Positions 38,988 through 52,380 of a stretch of 64,000 nt of DNA are shown piece after piece. The translations under genes and the position numbers were made by a program. This DNA is from Pristiophorus japonicus. Its lineage: Eukaryota. How positions within the stretch are numbered: position 1 is the stretch's first letter; each line of letters starts with the position of its first letter. The notes under the pieces were generated by a model, which was given only the letters and a program-made list of their open reading frames with translations, was not told the origin of the DNA and made no database searches. The stretch lies in NCBI RefSeq assembly GCF_044704955.1, contig NW_027254549.1:62001-126000 (forward strand), read 5' to 3'.

Positions 38988-40507
38988 GGGCACAATGGAC
39001 ATGATATTTGCAGCGCGACAGCTGCAGGAAAAATGCAGAGAGCAGCACCAGCCCTTATACATGGCCTTTTTCGACCTTACAAAGGCCTTTGACAATGTCA
39101 ACCACAAGGGTCTATGGAACTTCCTCCTCCATTTCAGATGCTCCCAAAAGTTTGTCAACATCCTTCGCCTGCTCCACGACGACATGCAGGCAATGATCCT
39201 TACCAATGGATCCATTACAGACCCAATCCACGTCCGGATTGGGGTCAAACAGGGCTGTGTCATCGCTCCAACACTCTTCTCAATCGTCCTCACTGCCATG
39301 CTCCACCTCACAGTCAACAAGCTCCCCGCTGCAGTGGAACTAAATTACAGAACCAGTGGGAAGTTGTTTAACCTTCGCTGCCTCTAGGCCAGGTCCACGA
39401 TCACCCCAACCTCTGTCGTTGAGCTACAGCACGCGGATGACACCTGCGTCTGCACACATTCTGAGGCTGGACTCCAGGATATAGTCGATGTATTTACTGA
39501 GGCATATGAAAGCATAGGCCTTAGGCTAAACATCTGTGAGACAAAGGTCCTCCACTAGCCTGTCCTCGATCCACGGTGCAGCCCTTGACAATGTGGACCA
39601 TTTCCCATACCTCGATATATCAACAAAAGCAGACATTGATGAGGAGATTCAACACCACCTGCAGTGTGTCAGTGCAGCCTTCGGCCACCTGAGGAAAAGA
39701 GTGTTCGAAGACCAGGCCCTCAGGTCTACCACCAAGCTCGTGGTCTACAGGACCGTTGTAATACCTGCCCTCCTGTATGGCTCAGAGACATGGACCATGA
39801 CAGCAGACACCTCAAGTTGCTTAAGAAATATCACCAACGATATCTCCCCAAGATCGTACAAATCCCCTGGGAGGACAGGTGTACCAATATCAGCGTCCTC
39901 TTACAGGCTAACATCCCTAGCATTGAAGCACTGACTACACTCGATCAGCACCGCTGGGCAGGCCACATAGTTCACATGCCAGACACGAGACTCCCAAAGC
40001 AAGTGCTCTATGCGGAGCTCCCTCACGGCAAATGAGCCAAAGGTGGGCAGCGGAAACATTACAAGTTCACCCTCAAAGCCTCCCTGATAAAGTGCAACAA
40101 CCCCACTGACACCTGGGAGTCCCTGGCCAAAGACCGCCCTAAGTGGAGATAGTACATTCGGGAGGGCGCTGAGCACTTCAAGTCTCATCGCTGAGAGTGG
40201 AAGAAATTAAGTGCAGGCAGCGGAAAGAGCGTGCAGCAAACCAGTCCCACGCACCCCTCCCCTCAACGACTGTCTGTCCCACCTGCGACACAGTCTGTGG
40301 CTCTCGTATTGGACTGTTCAGTCACCAAAGAACTCACTTCAGGAGTGGAAGCAAGTCTTCCTCGATTCCGAGGGACTGCCTATGATGATGATAATGATAA
40401 ACATTCTCTATCCTTGCCCCCCAGGCCCAGTTCCTTTGCTCAGATTCTGATAAAAGTAAATTGGGAAAAGTTCACTTTGATTTTTAAAGGTGAATTGTTG
40501 CAGAGAC

Positions 40508-40660
40508 CTGCGCATGCGGGGATAAGCCCCGCCCCCTGTGTCGATTTCCAGTGAGCAGAAGAGCGCATGCGCCCTCCCCCAGCCTGTGAGCGCCATTCAC
40601 TCAGTGAGCGGAAGAAGATGGTTGAAACAGCCGGGAATGGAGATACCGCGGCCCCGGGGT
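40508..40660 (+). promoter_or_regulatory. CpG-rich promoter and first exon (copy C, coding 40618..40658)
   Basis: Two NRF1-type GCGCATGCG sites, GC box CCCCGCCCC, CGGAAG, AAGATGG and donor GG|GTAAGG at 40659. Confidence 0.75.
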
Positions 40661-41594
40661 AAGGCAGCGAGCAGTAGCCTCCTTACAGCAGCACATCGCT
40701 TTGGGAGCGTGTCCGCAGATGGGCTCAGAGATCGGCACCGAGTCCGGGGGAAGTTCAGGGGGAGTCGGGGTCTGTGTGTAACAGGCGGAGTGGAGCAAGA
40801 ACTGGTCTCAGTGCGTGGAGTGAGTGGGGGAAGGGAGAGGCCATTCTCGGGCTGTGTGTGGACAGCGTGTGTCCCGGGTAAGGGAGACAGAATGGGAAGG
40901 ATCTGCTGTTTACAATCATTGCTGCTTTCTTCCTGCAAACCAGTAGTGAGCGTTCCTGCTTTAGTTCCAGTCTCACTGTGTTTGTTGTCATTGGACAGCG
41001 AGTAGTGGAAGCAGAGCCGGACACTGAGGATTTATACAAGGAGAATCTATTGCAGGCACCGGGTGAGAAATGTGAAGGACACGTTTTAAACAGTGGCTCT
41101 TTGTTTTTGGTTGAACGGTTAGTGCCCTGGGAGAGGGGAGTAGCAATCTGAGCTGTGTAAAAGTCCGTGCTCCATCGGGTAGTCCCATTCCTGAAGCAGG
41201 GCAGGGGTTGGGTTGTGTCTGGATGTCAATAAATTGCTGTAAATCTGCCCAACACATTTGGTATGCAGAAGCCGAGTGCTGCAGTACTGCAGTGGAGTCA
41301 GACACACACTGTTTGTATCGCTGGCTTCCCTTTGTGAATGTTCATAATGAATATTAATTGAACGATTATATTCATCACTTTAGTCTTTTGTACCTCTCCT
41401 GTTTTTGAATGATCAGAGATACCTTCTCCTCCTACAGGCAAGGAATTGAAGAAACTGGAACAAATGTGAAGTTTCCACCACCTGAGACATAAGGAACAGT
41501 GCAATCAGCTCCTTCTCACACACAGTAGGTATGGTACCTATCACTGTGTGCGGATACACAGACAGGTTATCCGAATTAAACATGTTTGTGGTGC

Positions 41595-43278
41595 TGAATG
41601 GCTTCCTCCTATTCCTGTGTAACAGGCCCGAGGGGGCTGATGGCCACCTCCTATTCCTAATTTAACAGATTGGAGATACTGAGTGCCCTTCTGTTCCTAA
41701 TGTAATAAACACGAGGGTCTTAATGCCTTCCTCCTGTTCATATGTAACAAGCTCTAGGGGCAGAATGACCTCCCCTGTACCTTTTGTATCAGGCTAGAAT
41801 GGGATGAATGGCCTCCTTTAGTTCTTATGTAACAGGTTCCAGGGGCTGAATAGCCTCCTCCAGTTCCCATGTAACAAGCATGAGGGGCTAAATGCCCTCC
41901 TTCTGTTCCCATGAAACAATCCCATGGGGATGATTGCCTTTGTCCTATTCCTAATGTAACAGACCCGAGGGGCAGAATTGCGTTGTCCTATTGCTTTTTA
42001 ACTCCAGTTGCTGAATGGCCCTCTCCAGTTCCTAATGTAATAGGCTCGAGGAGCTGAATGGCACTCTCCAGTTCTTAATGTAATAGGCTCGAGGAGCTGA
42101 ATGGCACTCTCCAGTTCCTCATGTAATAGGCTCGAGGAGCTGAATGGCCCTCTCCAGTTCCTAATGTAATAGGCTCGAGGAGCTGAATGGTCACTTCCTG
42201 TTCCTGGTTAACAGTTCCGAGGGGTGGAATTGGCCTACTCCTGTTCCTATGTAACAGACCTGAGGGACTGAGTGGTCTTCTCCTGTTCCTAATGTAAGAA
42301 GCTCGAGGGGATGAAAAACGTCCTGCTGTTCCCATGTCACAGAATCAAAGACTGAGTGGTCTGCTTGTGTTTCTAATGTTAGAGAGGCTGAATGGCCTCT
42401 TCCCACATAAGAGAATGGAAGGGTTGAATGGCATCCTCCTGATCCAATGTAACAGGCTTGAGGGGAAGAATGGCCTCATCCTGTTCCTGTCTAACAACAT
42501 TCGGTGCTGAACAGCCACCTCTTGTTCCTGTGTAATAAGTTAGATGGGGTGAGTGGCCTCCTCCAGTTGCAATATAACATGTGCTACTGGTTTATTGGCC
42601 TCTTCCAGTTCCTATAATATTATCAGGTGACTGAATGGCCTCCTCCAGTTCCTACATAACATGCTTGAGGGTCTGAATGGCCTCCTCCTGTTCCAAAGTA
42701 AAAGGCTCCAGAGGATGAATGGCCGCCTCTATTCCTGTGTAACAGTATCCAGTCAATGCATCGCCTCCACCAATTCCTTTATAGCAAGGCTGAGGTGCTG
42801 AATGCCCACCTCCTGTTCCTATGCAACAAACTCAAAGGTCTGAATGGCTTCCTATTCATTTGTAACAGGTTCGAGGGGCTGAATGGCTTCTTATTCATTT
42901 GTAACAGGTTTGAGGGGCTGAATGGCACCCTATTCATTTGTAACAGGTTCGAGGCGCTGAATGGCGTTGAATTTCTGTAAAGCAGACTCCAAGGCTGAAT
43001 GGCCCACTCGAGTTTCTAATGTAACAGAGTCGAGGGGCAGAATGGCTTACTGTTCCTATGTAACAGAGACTGAATGGGCCTCCTCCTCTTCCACTGTAAC
43101 AGACTCGAGGGACAAAATGGCCTCCTCCTGTTCCAATGTAACAGGCTCGAGGGACTGAATGGCCTCCTCCTGTTCCTTATGTAACAGGCTCGAGGGACTG
43201 AATGGCCACCTCCTGTTCCTTATGTGACAGACTCGAGGGACTGAATGACCTCCCCCTGTTCCTTATGTAACAGGCTCA
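41595..43278 (+). repeat. ~40-bp satellite derived from the CR1 3' terminus
   Basis: Monomer acaggctcgaggggctgaatggcctcctcctgttcctatgta resembles the sense-strand CR1 end. Confidence 0.85.
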
Positions 43279-43799
43279 AAGGGATGATTTGCCTGCAGGT
43301 TCCATGTGCTGAAAGGACTCCTCAAGTTCCCAGATCCAGGGACTGTTCTTCCCCGTTGTTTTGGAAATAGCATCGGGCAGTAAACAGGAGCTCAATGCTT
43401 CTTGCCCGCCAGCTCTCTGATCGGGCTCCTCGCGCTGATTATGTTTTCTCATCTCGCTCAAACGTCCCCAAAATGTTGCTTTCTTTTCCATCACCTCTAG
43501 AGTTATTAGCGAAGTTTGCATCAAGCAAATCGTGATCTCACCAGTAACAGCACTTTCCCGACGGTTATCCACGAGGCTGCTTCTGACATTTTCTTCTGCG
43601 TAATTGTTAACCACCGTAAGTAACTGAAAATCTTCATTTCTGCAGCAACAACAAACACTTGCATTTATGACAGATTCAGAATGAATCCCACACTCACTCA
43701 CTGTACCACAGACTGACATGGATTATATAATGTACTAATAGCTCATCTCTACTCAAAATATTTCTGAATCGCATTCATCCAATATAATGAGAGAAAAAA

Positions 43800-44870
43800 A
43801 TTCACAGAGGATAAAACTCATTCTCACATACCAGAAACTGACAGATACAGAATAAATCCCACTCAGATACTAGAAAATGACAGGTTCAGAATAAAACCCA
43901 CACTCACATACCAGAAACTGACAGGTACAGAGGAAACACACATTCACTTACCCCAGAATGAGAGATACAGAATGAATCCCACATTCACATAGCGCAAACT
44001 GACATATAAAGGTAAAAATCCACACTTGAATACCAGAAACTGACACCCCACACATCTACCACAAACTGACAGGTACAGAAAAAAAACACAATCACATATC
44101 ATAAACTGGAGGTACATATTAATTCCTGCACTCGCACAGCAGTAACTGACCAGTACAGAATAAAATCCACATTCACATAGCAGAAACTGACAGGTACAGA
44201 ATATAATCAACACCCAGATTCCAGAAACTGACGGGTACAGAATGCAATCCACACTTGGATACCAGAAAGTGACCGGTACAGATTAAAACCACAGTCACAT
44301 ATCAGAAACTGACAGGTACCGATTAAGCCCCATACTCCCATACCGGAATCAGACGGGTACAGAATAAAATCCATACTCCAATCCAAAAAAACTGACAGGT
44401 ACTGGTCAATATCCACACTCCCTACCAGAAGCTGACGATATAGGTTAAACTACACACTCGCATACCAGAAACTGACAGATACGTGATAAAACACACACTC
44501 ACATACCAGAAACTGACAGGTACATGATAAAACACACACTCACATACCAGAAACTGACAGGTACAGAATAAAACCCAGACTCACATATCAAAACTTGACG
44601 GGTACACAACTCACATAGCAGAGACTGACAGGTACAGAATAAATCTCTCATTCACTTCACAAAAACTGATAGGTACAGAATAAAACACACACTCTGATAC
44701 CAGAAACAGAGAGTTACAGAATAAATCCCACATTCACATAACAGACACTGACCGGTACAGTATGAAACCCACATCCATGTATCTGAACAATAATATGCAA
44801 GTAAAACCCATACCTGCCTATTAGAAACTGACAGCGAAACACTCACACACCAGAGACTGACGGAACGAGT
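43800..44870. repeat. Diverged ~41-bp satellite
   Basis: agaaactgacaggtacagaataaaacccac family; its end is paralogous to 2500-2610. Confidence 0.9.
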
Positions 44871-44890
44871 AGAACAGTTTAGTCACTCTT

Positions 44891-46280
44891 ACATAGAAAC
44901 ATAGAAAATAGGTGCAGGAGTAGGCCATTCGGCCCTTCTAGCCTGCACCGCCATTCAATAAGTTCATGGCTGAACATTCAACTTCAGTACCCCATTCCTG
45001 CTTTCTCGCCATACCCCTTGATCCCCCTAGTAGTAAGGACCTCATCTAACTCCTTTTTGAATATATTTAGTGAATTGGCCTCAACAACTTTCTGTGGTAG
45101 AGAATTCCACAAGTTCACCACTCTCTGGGTGAAGAAGTTCCTCCGCATCTCGGTCCTAAATGGCTTACCCCTTATCCTTAGACTGTGACCTCTGGTTCTG
45201 GACTTCCCCAACATTGGGAACATTCTTCCTGCATCTAACCTGTCTAACCCCGTCAGAATTTTAAAATGTTTCTATGAGGTCCCCTCTCATTCTTCTGAAC
45301 TCCAGTGAATACAAGCCCAGTTGATCCAGTCTTTCTTGATAGGTCAGTCCCGCCATCCCAGGAATCAGTCTGGTGAACCTTCGCTGCACTCCCTCAATAG
45401 CAAGAATGTCCTTCCTCAGGTTAGGAGACCAAAACTGTACACAATACTCCAGGTGTGGCCTCACCAATGCCCTGTACAACTGTAGCAACACCTCCCTGCC
45501 CCTGTACTCAAATCCCCTTGCTATGAAGGCCAACATGCCATTTGCTTTCTTAACCGCCTGCTGCACCTGCATGCCAACCTTCAATGACTGATGTACCACG
45601 ACACCCAGGTCTCTTTGCACCTCCCCTTTTCCTAATCTGTCACCATTCAGATAATAGTCTGTCTCTCTGTTTTTACCACCAAAGTGGATAACCTCACATT
45701 TATCCACATTATACTTCATCTGCCATGCATTTGCCCACTCGCCTAACCTATCCAAGTCACTCTGCAGCCTCACAGCATCCTCCTCGCAGCTCACACTGCC
45801 ACCCAACTTAGTGTCATCCGCAAATTTGGAGATACTACATTTAATCCCCTCATCTAAATCATTAATGTACAGTGTAAACAGCTGGGGCCCCAGCACAGAA
45901 CCTTGCGGTACCCCACTAGTCACTGCCTGCCATTCTGAAAAGTACCCATTTACTCCTACTCTTTGCTTCCTGTCTGACAACCAGTTCTCAATCCATGTCA
46001 GCACACTACCCCCAATCCCATGTGCTCTAACTTTGCACATCAATCTCTTGTGTGGGACCTTGTCGAACGCCTTCTGAAAGTCCAAATATACCACATCAAC
46101 TGGTTCTCCCTTGTCCACTCTACTGGAAACATTCTCAAAAAATTCCAGAAGATTTGTCAAGCATGATTTCCCTTTCACAAATCCATGCTGACTTGGACCT
46201 ATCATGTCACCTCTTTCCAAATGCACTGCTATGACATCCTTAATAATTGATTCCATCATTTTACCCACTACCGATGTCAG
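44891..46280 (-). mobile_element. 5'-truncated young CR1, same subfamily as the H1 insertion
   Basis: Nearly identical to 27385-28775; 1-nt insertion near 45264. Confidence 0.95.
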
Positions 46281-46399
46281 TGTCAGGCTCACACAATTGT
46301 TTCTTCAGTAATTCGGATGATAACTAACATGCTCTCAGTGTGGCCCATTTAATTAGTGATAAAAGCAACTTATGAAACAATCCTATTTTTGCTAATTTA

Positions 46400-48075
46400 A
46401 TTTGTGACAAAAAGATGGTCTGAGCATGTGCTAAATACATGCTGCTCCTCCCCTCCCCACACAGTGTTTAAACCGACGGGAAGGGCCCAGGCGAGCTCCC
46501 CTCCTCCAGCTCTGTCGGCGGCTGCCGTTTCCTCTGTGCTGGGCTGATGATCGTTGAACACATCAGGGAGCAGAGATATCCCGGGCCCGAGTAAGGGAGC
46601 AAACATCAGCCTCCTTACAGCAGTTCATCGCATTGGCACTGTGTCCGCAGATGGGCTTTGTGTCAGGGTAAGTTCAGCGGCAGTCGGGGACTGTCTGTAA
46701 GAAGCAGAGTGGAGCAGGAACTAGTTCCGGAACACGGAGTGAGTGGGGGAAGGAAGAGGCCATTCTCGGGCTGTGTGTGTACGGTGTAAGGTAACAGAGA
46801 AAGTAAATCACCTCGCTCTTTGAAATCATTGCTGCTTTCTTTCCCCAAATCAGTAATGAATGTTCCTGATTCAGTTCCAATCTCACCGCATCTGTTCTTG
46901 TACAGTGAACAGTGGAAACACAGCCTGACAGTGAAGATATGAGGAATTTCACAAAATGCATCTATTGCAGGCACCAGGAGAGGAGTGTGACAGGAGACAT
47001 TTCAATAATCGGTTATTTTGTTTCGGTGCGTTGAATTCTCCAGAACCCTGTGGCTGGTGATCGAGAGATACATTGTCGCTCCCTCAGATACATCAGCATC
47101 GAGTCACTGTGACATTCTGTTAATGACACAGGCCCTTAACTCGGTTCCAATAGACTGAGAACAATTGTTGTACAGCCCAGGTACCTGTGGTTATATTCCA
47201 GGAAGCAATTCAGAATTTTACAGGTAGTCCCATGGGAGTGGGAGATATAAACCTGGACTGTGCCAATCGGGTGGTCCCATTCATGGACCAGTGCTGGGTT
47301 TGGGTTGTGTCTGGATGCTGATAACTTACTATAGAACCATCCTACACACCTGGTGTGGTGAATCTGAGTGCCGCTGTACTGCAGTGAGGTCAGACAATGT
47401 CACTGTTTGTATCGCAGATTCCTCTCTCCAGATACTTTACTTTATTATAAAGAAACACATTAATTATAACTTTATTGTTATAGTCTACAGGCACCTGTCC
47501 ATATCATAACTAATAGTGTTCTCCTATTATTATTCTCAGAGCAAAATACTTCAAGCCAGAATAAATTTGATCTTTACTCCACCCAGAACACAAGGAACAG
47601 TGCAGGCAGCTCCTTCTCACACACAGTAAGTACATTATCACACTCAGCGCAGAGAGACAGAACTGACCTCAATCATATTGTCACAGGCAGCAGAAGCTGT
47701 CAGTCACACAGTGATCCAAATTTCCAGTTATATTATGCATCCCACAGTCACTTGGAACAGTACAATAATGTGTTGTTTCAAAATCCAATCATATCGCAAT
47801 GAAAGGCAGATCCAATTTCACTCCCTTACACTCACCCACGATCAGTTAGACACTGACACGGTGTCAATCCACACTGGTGTCTGTACACTGACTCTCAAAC
47901 CCAACAGCTAACTTACAAGAGCAGAGAAACGGAGGTAATGGACTGAACCAAACCTCCTCCTGAGACAGTCACAGATAATCGCAAACTATCATCCGTCTAC
48001 AGCAGGTGGAGAAGGAACTAAATTCAACAGTCACACAGAGCAAGAATAGTTCAGTACAAGAGACTGTCAATTACA
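46400..48075 (+). other. Duplicated promoter/first-exon block, copy D (mini-exon 46547..46590)
   Basis: Close paralog of 2760-5000; ATG at 46547, GTAAGG donor at 46591. Confidence 0.65.
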
Positions 48076-48084
48076 TAATGAATC

Positions 48085-48530
48085 CCACACTCACACACAT
48101 CACCAGTCTAACAGATACATAATCAATCCCACACTCACACACATCACCAGTCTAACCGATACATAATCAATCCCACACTCTCACACATCACTAGTCTAAC
48201 AGATACATAATCAATCCCACACTTACACACAACACCAGTCTAACAGATACATAATCAATCCCACACTCTCACACATCACTAGTCTAACATACATAATCAA
48301 TCCCACACTCACACACAACACCAGTCTAACATATACATAATCAGTTCCACACTTACACACAACACCAGTCTAACAGATACATAATCAATCCCACACTCTC
48401 ACACATCACTAGTCTAACAGATACATAATCAATCCCACACTCACACACAACACCAGTCTAACATATACATAATCAATCCCACACTCTCACACATCACCAG
48501 TCTAACAGATACATAATCAATCCCTCACTC
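48085..48530. repeat. Homogeneous 44-bp array, ~10 copies
   Basis: acatcaccagtctaacagatacataatcaatcccacactc... with a period of 44. Confidence 0.93.
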
Positions 48531-48539
48531 TCAAACAGT

Positions 48540-50230
48540 ACCAGAGACTGAGAGAAACATAATGATTCATATACTCAGACACATTGAATGACAGATTGAG
48601 AGAGAATCACGATCACTTCCAGTACCTGAGATTGACTGACTGACTGATGGTGAAACCCACACTCCCATACCAGGCCCTTACAGCTACAGACAAATTCTCA
48701 CACTCACATACCAGAGACAGATAGTTAGTGAACTCCACAGTCATTCACCAGAAACTGACAGGTACAGAAAAAAACACGTTTGCTTTCCAGAGACTGATAG
48801 ATACAGAGTAATACCCACACTCACATGCCAAAGACTGAGAAATACAGACTAAAAACCACGCTCCCATAACAGAAACTTACAGGTGCTGATTAAAACCCTT
48901 ACTCAAATATCAGAAACAGATAGATACAGAATAAAACCCACACTCACTTCCCAGAGATGGACTGATACAGAATAAAACACACAGTCACATACCAGAGAGT
49001 GACAGGTAGAGAGTAAAATCAACATTTACCTGAAAGTGACTGACTGATTCAATGTCAAACCCACAATACCACAGCTGTACCAGACACTTAAAGGCACAGA
49101 ATGAAATCAACATTCATATCGCCATTGACAGGTACAGAAAACATACACACATTAACATACCAGTGACAGACAGGTAGAATGTGGTAAACTCCACACTCAC
49201 ATAACAGAAACTGTGACATATAGAATATAACCCCACTCATAACAGAAACAGACAGGTACAGATAAAAAGTGCCACACTCTCACACAAGAGACTGACAGGT
49301 ACAGAGTGAAATCCACATTCACACTTGAATAAAACACACGTTCACATAACATGCAACTGACAGGAGGAAAACCCACATACATATCCCAGAGACTGACATT
49401 CACAGAATAATACTCACACATAGACTGATGGATACAAAATAAAACTCACACTCATGTGCCAGAAACTGACCAGTACAGATTAAAGCCCACATTACCTGAA
49501 ATTGATTGAGAGTAAAACTCACCTACCAGAGATTGAAATTTACAGATAAAATCCACACATATACCAAAAACTGAAAGGTTGAGAGTGAAAACCACACTCA
49601 CACACCAGTAACTGACAGATACAGATTACAACCCACACTCACATATATCAAACACTGACAAATAAAGAGTAAAACCGCGCTCACAAAGAAAATCAACACA
49701 AATACCAAAAATTGACAGTGCCAGACGAAAACCCACAATCACAGAGTAGAACCAGACATGGACAGAGTAAAATGCACACTCACATTTCAGAAACTGATAG
49801 GTACAGAATACAGCTCGCATTCACATAACAGAAACTGACTGGGATAGAGGAATCACAAACTAACATACCAGAGACTGACAAGTATAGAGTGAACTCCACA
49901 CTCGCACACCAAAAACTGTTATATACAGAGTAAAATTCACACTCACATACCATAGACTGAGAGATAGCGTGTAAAACCCACACACAAATATCAGAAACAG
50001 ACAGACACAGGTAAAACCCACACTCGCATATCAGAAATTGACAGGGACTGTGTAAACCCAACACTTGCATACCAGAGAATGAAAGATACAGAATGAAACC
50101 CACACTCACTTACCAGTAATTGACAGGCACAGAGTGAAAACCTCTCTTCCATACCATAAACTTACAGATATAAAGGAAAAGCCACACTCGCTAACCAGAG
50201 ACTGAGATACAGAATAAATACTACACTCAC
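48540..50230. repeat. Diverged ~41-bp satellite
   Basis: Same monomer family as the other ~41-bp arrays. Confidence 0.85.
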
Positions 50231-50269
50231 TGGCGGGCAAAGTTTATAGCTACACTGTAGCTACACTGT

Positions 50270-50475
50270 TAATCAAGAAATAATGGAGGCTTGTAAAAAA
50301 AGGAACAGAAATAATCATCGGCAATTTTAATCTTCATATTGATTGAACAAATCAAATAGGCCAAGGTAGCCTTGAGGAAGAATTCATCGTGTGTATCTGG
50401 GATAGTTTACTTGAACAGTACTTTGCGGAACCATCCGGGAGCAGGCTTACTTAGATCTGGTACTGTGTAATGGGA
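50270..50475 (+). mobile_element. CR1 endonuclease-region fragment
   Basis: Degenerate GNFNLHID...EEEFI..I.DS.LEQY coding remnants. Confidence 0.65.
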
Positions 50476-50476
50476 A

Positions 50477-51805
50477 CATAAGAACATAAGAAATAGGAGT
50501 AGGCCATTTGGCCCCTCGAACCTGCTCTGCCATTTAGTAAGAACGTGGCTGGTCTGATCATGGACTCACCTCCACTTCCCTGCCCGCTCCTCATAACCCT
50601 TTATTCCCTTATTGCTCGAATATCTGTCCATCTCCGCCTTAAATATATTCATTGGCCCAGCCGCCACAGATCTTTGGGGCAGAGAATTGCACAGATTTAC
50701 AACCACCTGAGAGAATAAATTCCTCCTCATCTCAGTTTTAAATGGGCGACCCCTTATTCTGAGACTATGTCCCCTAGTTTGAGTTTCACCCTATTTTTGG
50801 AAATATCCTCATTGCATCCACCTTGTCAAGCCCCCTCATTATCTTATATGTTTCAATAAGACCACCTCTCATTCTTCTGAACTCCAATGAGTATTGGCCC
50901 AACCTACTCAACCTCTCTTCATAAGTCAACCCCTTCATTTCTGGAATCAACCTAGTGAACCTTCTCTGAACAGCCTCCAATGCAAGTATATCCTTTCTTA
51001 AATACGGAGACTAAAACTGTACGCAGTACTCCAGGTGTGGCCTCACCAATACCCTGTACAGTTGTAGCAGGACTTCTCTGCTTTTATTCTCTATCCCCCC
51101 TTGCAATAAAGGCCAACATTCCATTTGCCTTCCTGGTTACTTGCTGTACTTGCATACTAACTTTTTGTGTTTCATGCACAAGGATGCCCAGGTCCCTCTG
51201 TACTGCAATTGCACTTTGCAATTTTGCTCCATTTAAATAATAATTTGCTTTTTAATTATTTCTGCCAAAGTGGACAACCTCACACTTTTCCACATTATAC
51301 TCCATCTGCCAAATGTTTGCCCACTCACTTAGCCTGTCTATATCCCCTGCAGATTTTGTGTGTCCTCCTCACAACTTGCTTTCCCACCCATCTTTGTATC
51401 ATCAGCAAACTTGGCTACATTACACTTGGTCCCTTCATCCAAATCATTAGTATAGATTGTAAATAGTTGAGGTCCCAGCAACGATCCCTGTGGCACCCCA
51501 CGAGTTACTGTTTGCCAACCGGAAAATGACCTATTTATCCCGACTCTCTGTTTTCTGTTAGTTAGCCAATCCTCTAGCCATATTACCCTCAACCCAGTGA
51601 ACTTTTATCTTGTGCAGTCACCTTTTATGTGGCACCTTATAGAATGCCTTTTGGAAATCCAAATACACCACATCCACTGGTTCCCCTTTATCCACTTTGC
51701 TCATTACATCCTCAAAGAACTCCAGTAAATTTGTCAAACATGATTTCCCTTTCATAAAAACATGCTGACTCTGCTTGACTGAATTATGCTTTTCCAAATG
51801 TCCTG
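50477..51805 (-). mobile_element. CR1 LINE, 5'-truncated
   Basis: RT motifs KSCLTNLLEFF, YLDFQKAF and FADD; acataagaacataaga tail. Confidence 0.92.
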
Positions 51806-52029
51806 TGACAGATGTTAGGCTAACTCGTCTTGTAACACTGTTGTGAATCACCTTGGGACGTTGGACTACATTAAAGGTGCTATATCAATAAAAGTTATTC
51901 TTATTATTGTTATTAATAAAGGAAAGCTGCAGGTTTCTTTGCCACCACCGAGATTCATCAAGATGTGGAGCGCATGCATGGCCATCTTTGCAAAACAGCA
52001 AAGTGTGGGCGGGGCTACACGGTCCCAGT

Positions 52030-52170
52030 GAACCCAGCCAGAGTCAGCACCTTCAGGGGAGGAGAGGGAGGGGAACCAGTGAGTGTAGAACTGAACCCAG
52101 CCAGAGTCAGCACCTTCAGGGGAGGAGAGGGAGGGGAACCAGTGAGTGTAGAACTGAACCCAGACAGAGT
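52030..52170. repeat. 63-bp direct duplication
   Basis: gaacccagccagagtcagcaccttcaggggaggagagggaggggaaccagtgagtgtagaact occurs twice. Confidence 0.9.
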
Positions 52171-52380
52171 TGGTGGTGAAAACTGGTAGTGGAGGATATG
52201 GTGTCTTCAGACGTGAGATGTGTTTGAATTTCAGCACAGGGAGGACGGAGAGTGTATGGGATGAGGATTTACAGCTTTGGAGGAACAAGAGAGGCAAGAA
52301 TGTTCCATGGATTCTACAATTGTCTGTTCTGAATTTGTGTCCTGTACTTGCAGTAATGGTTTCTGTAAACTCCTTTCCAG

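Larger units (their letters stand above)
33728..40397 (+). mobile_element. RTE-clade LINE, decayed and split by a nested CR1
   Basis: QDWFDEND, IFKKGDKSDCGNY.GISLL, PESQCGFRP, then MDMIFAARQLQEKCREQ and GVKQGCVIAP after the insert; (tga)n tail. Confidence 0.92.
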
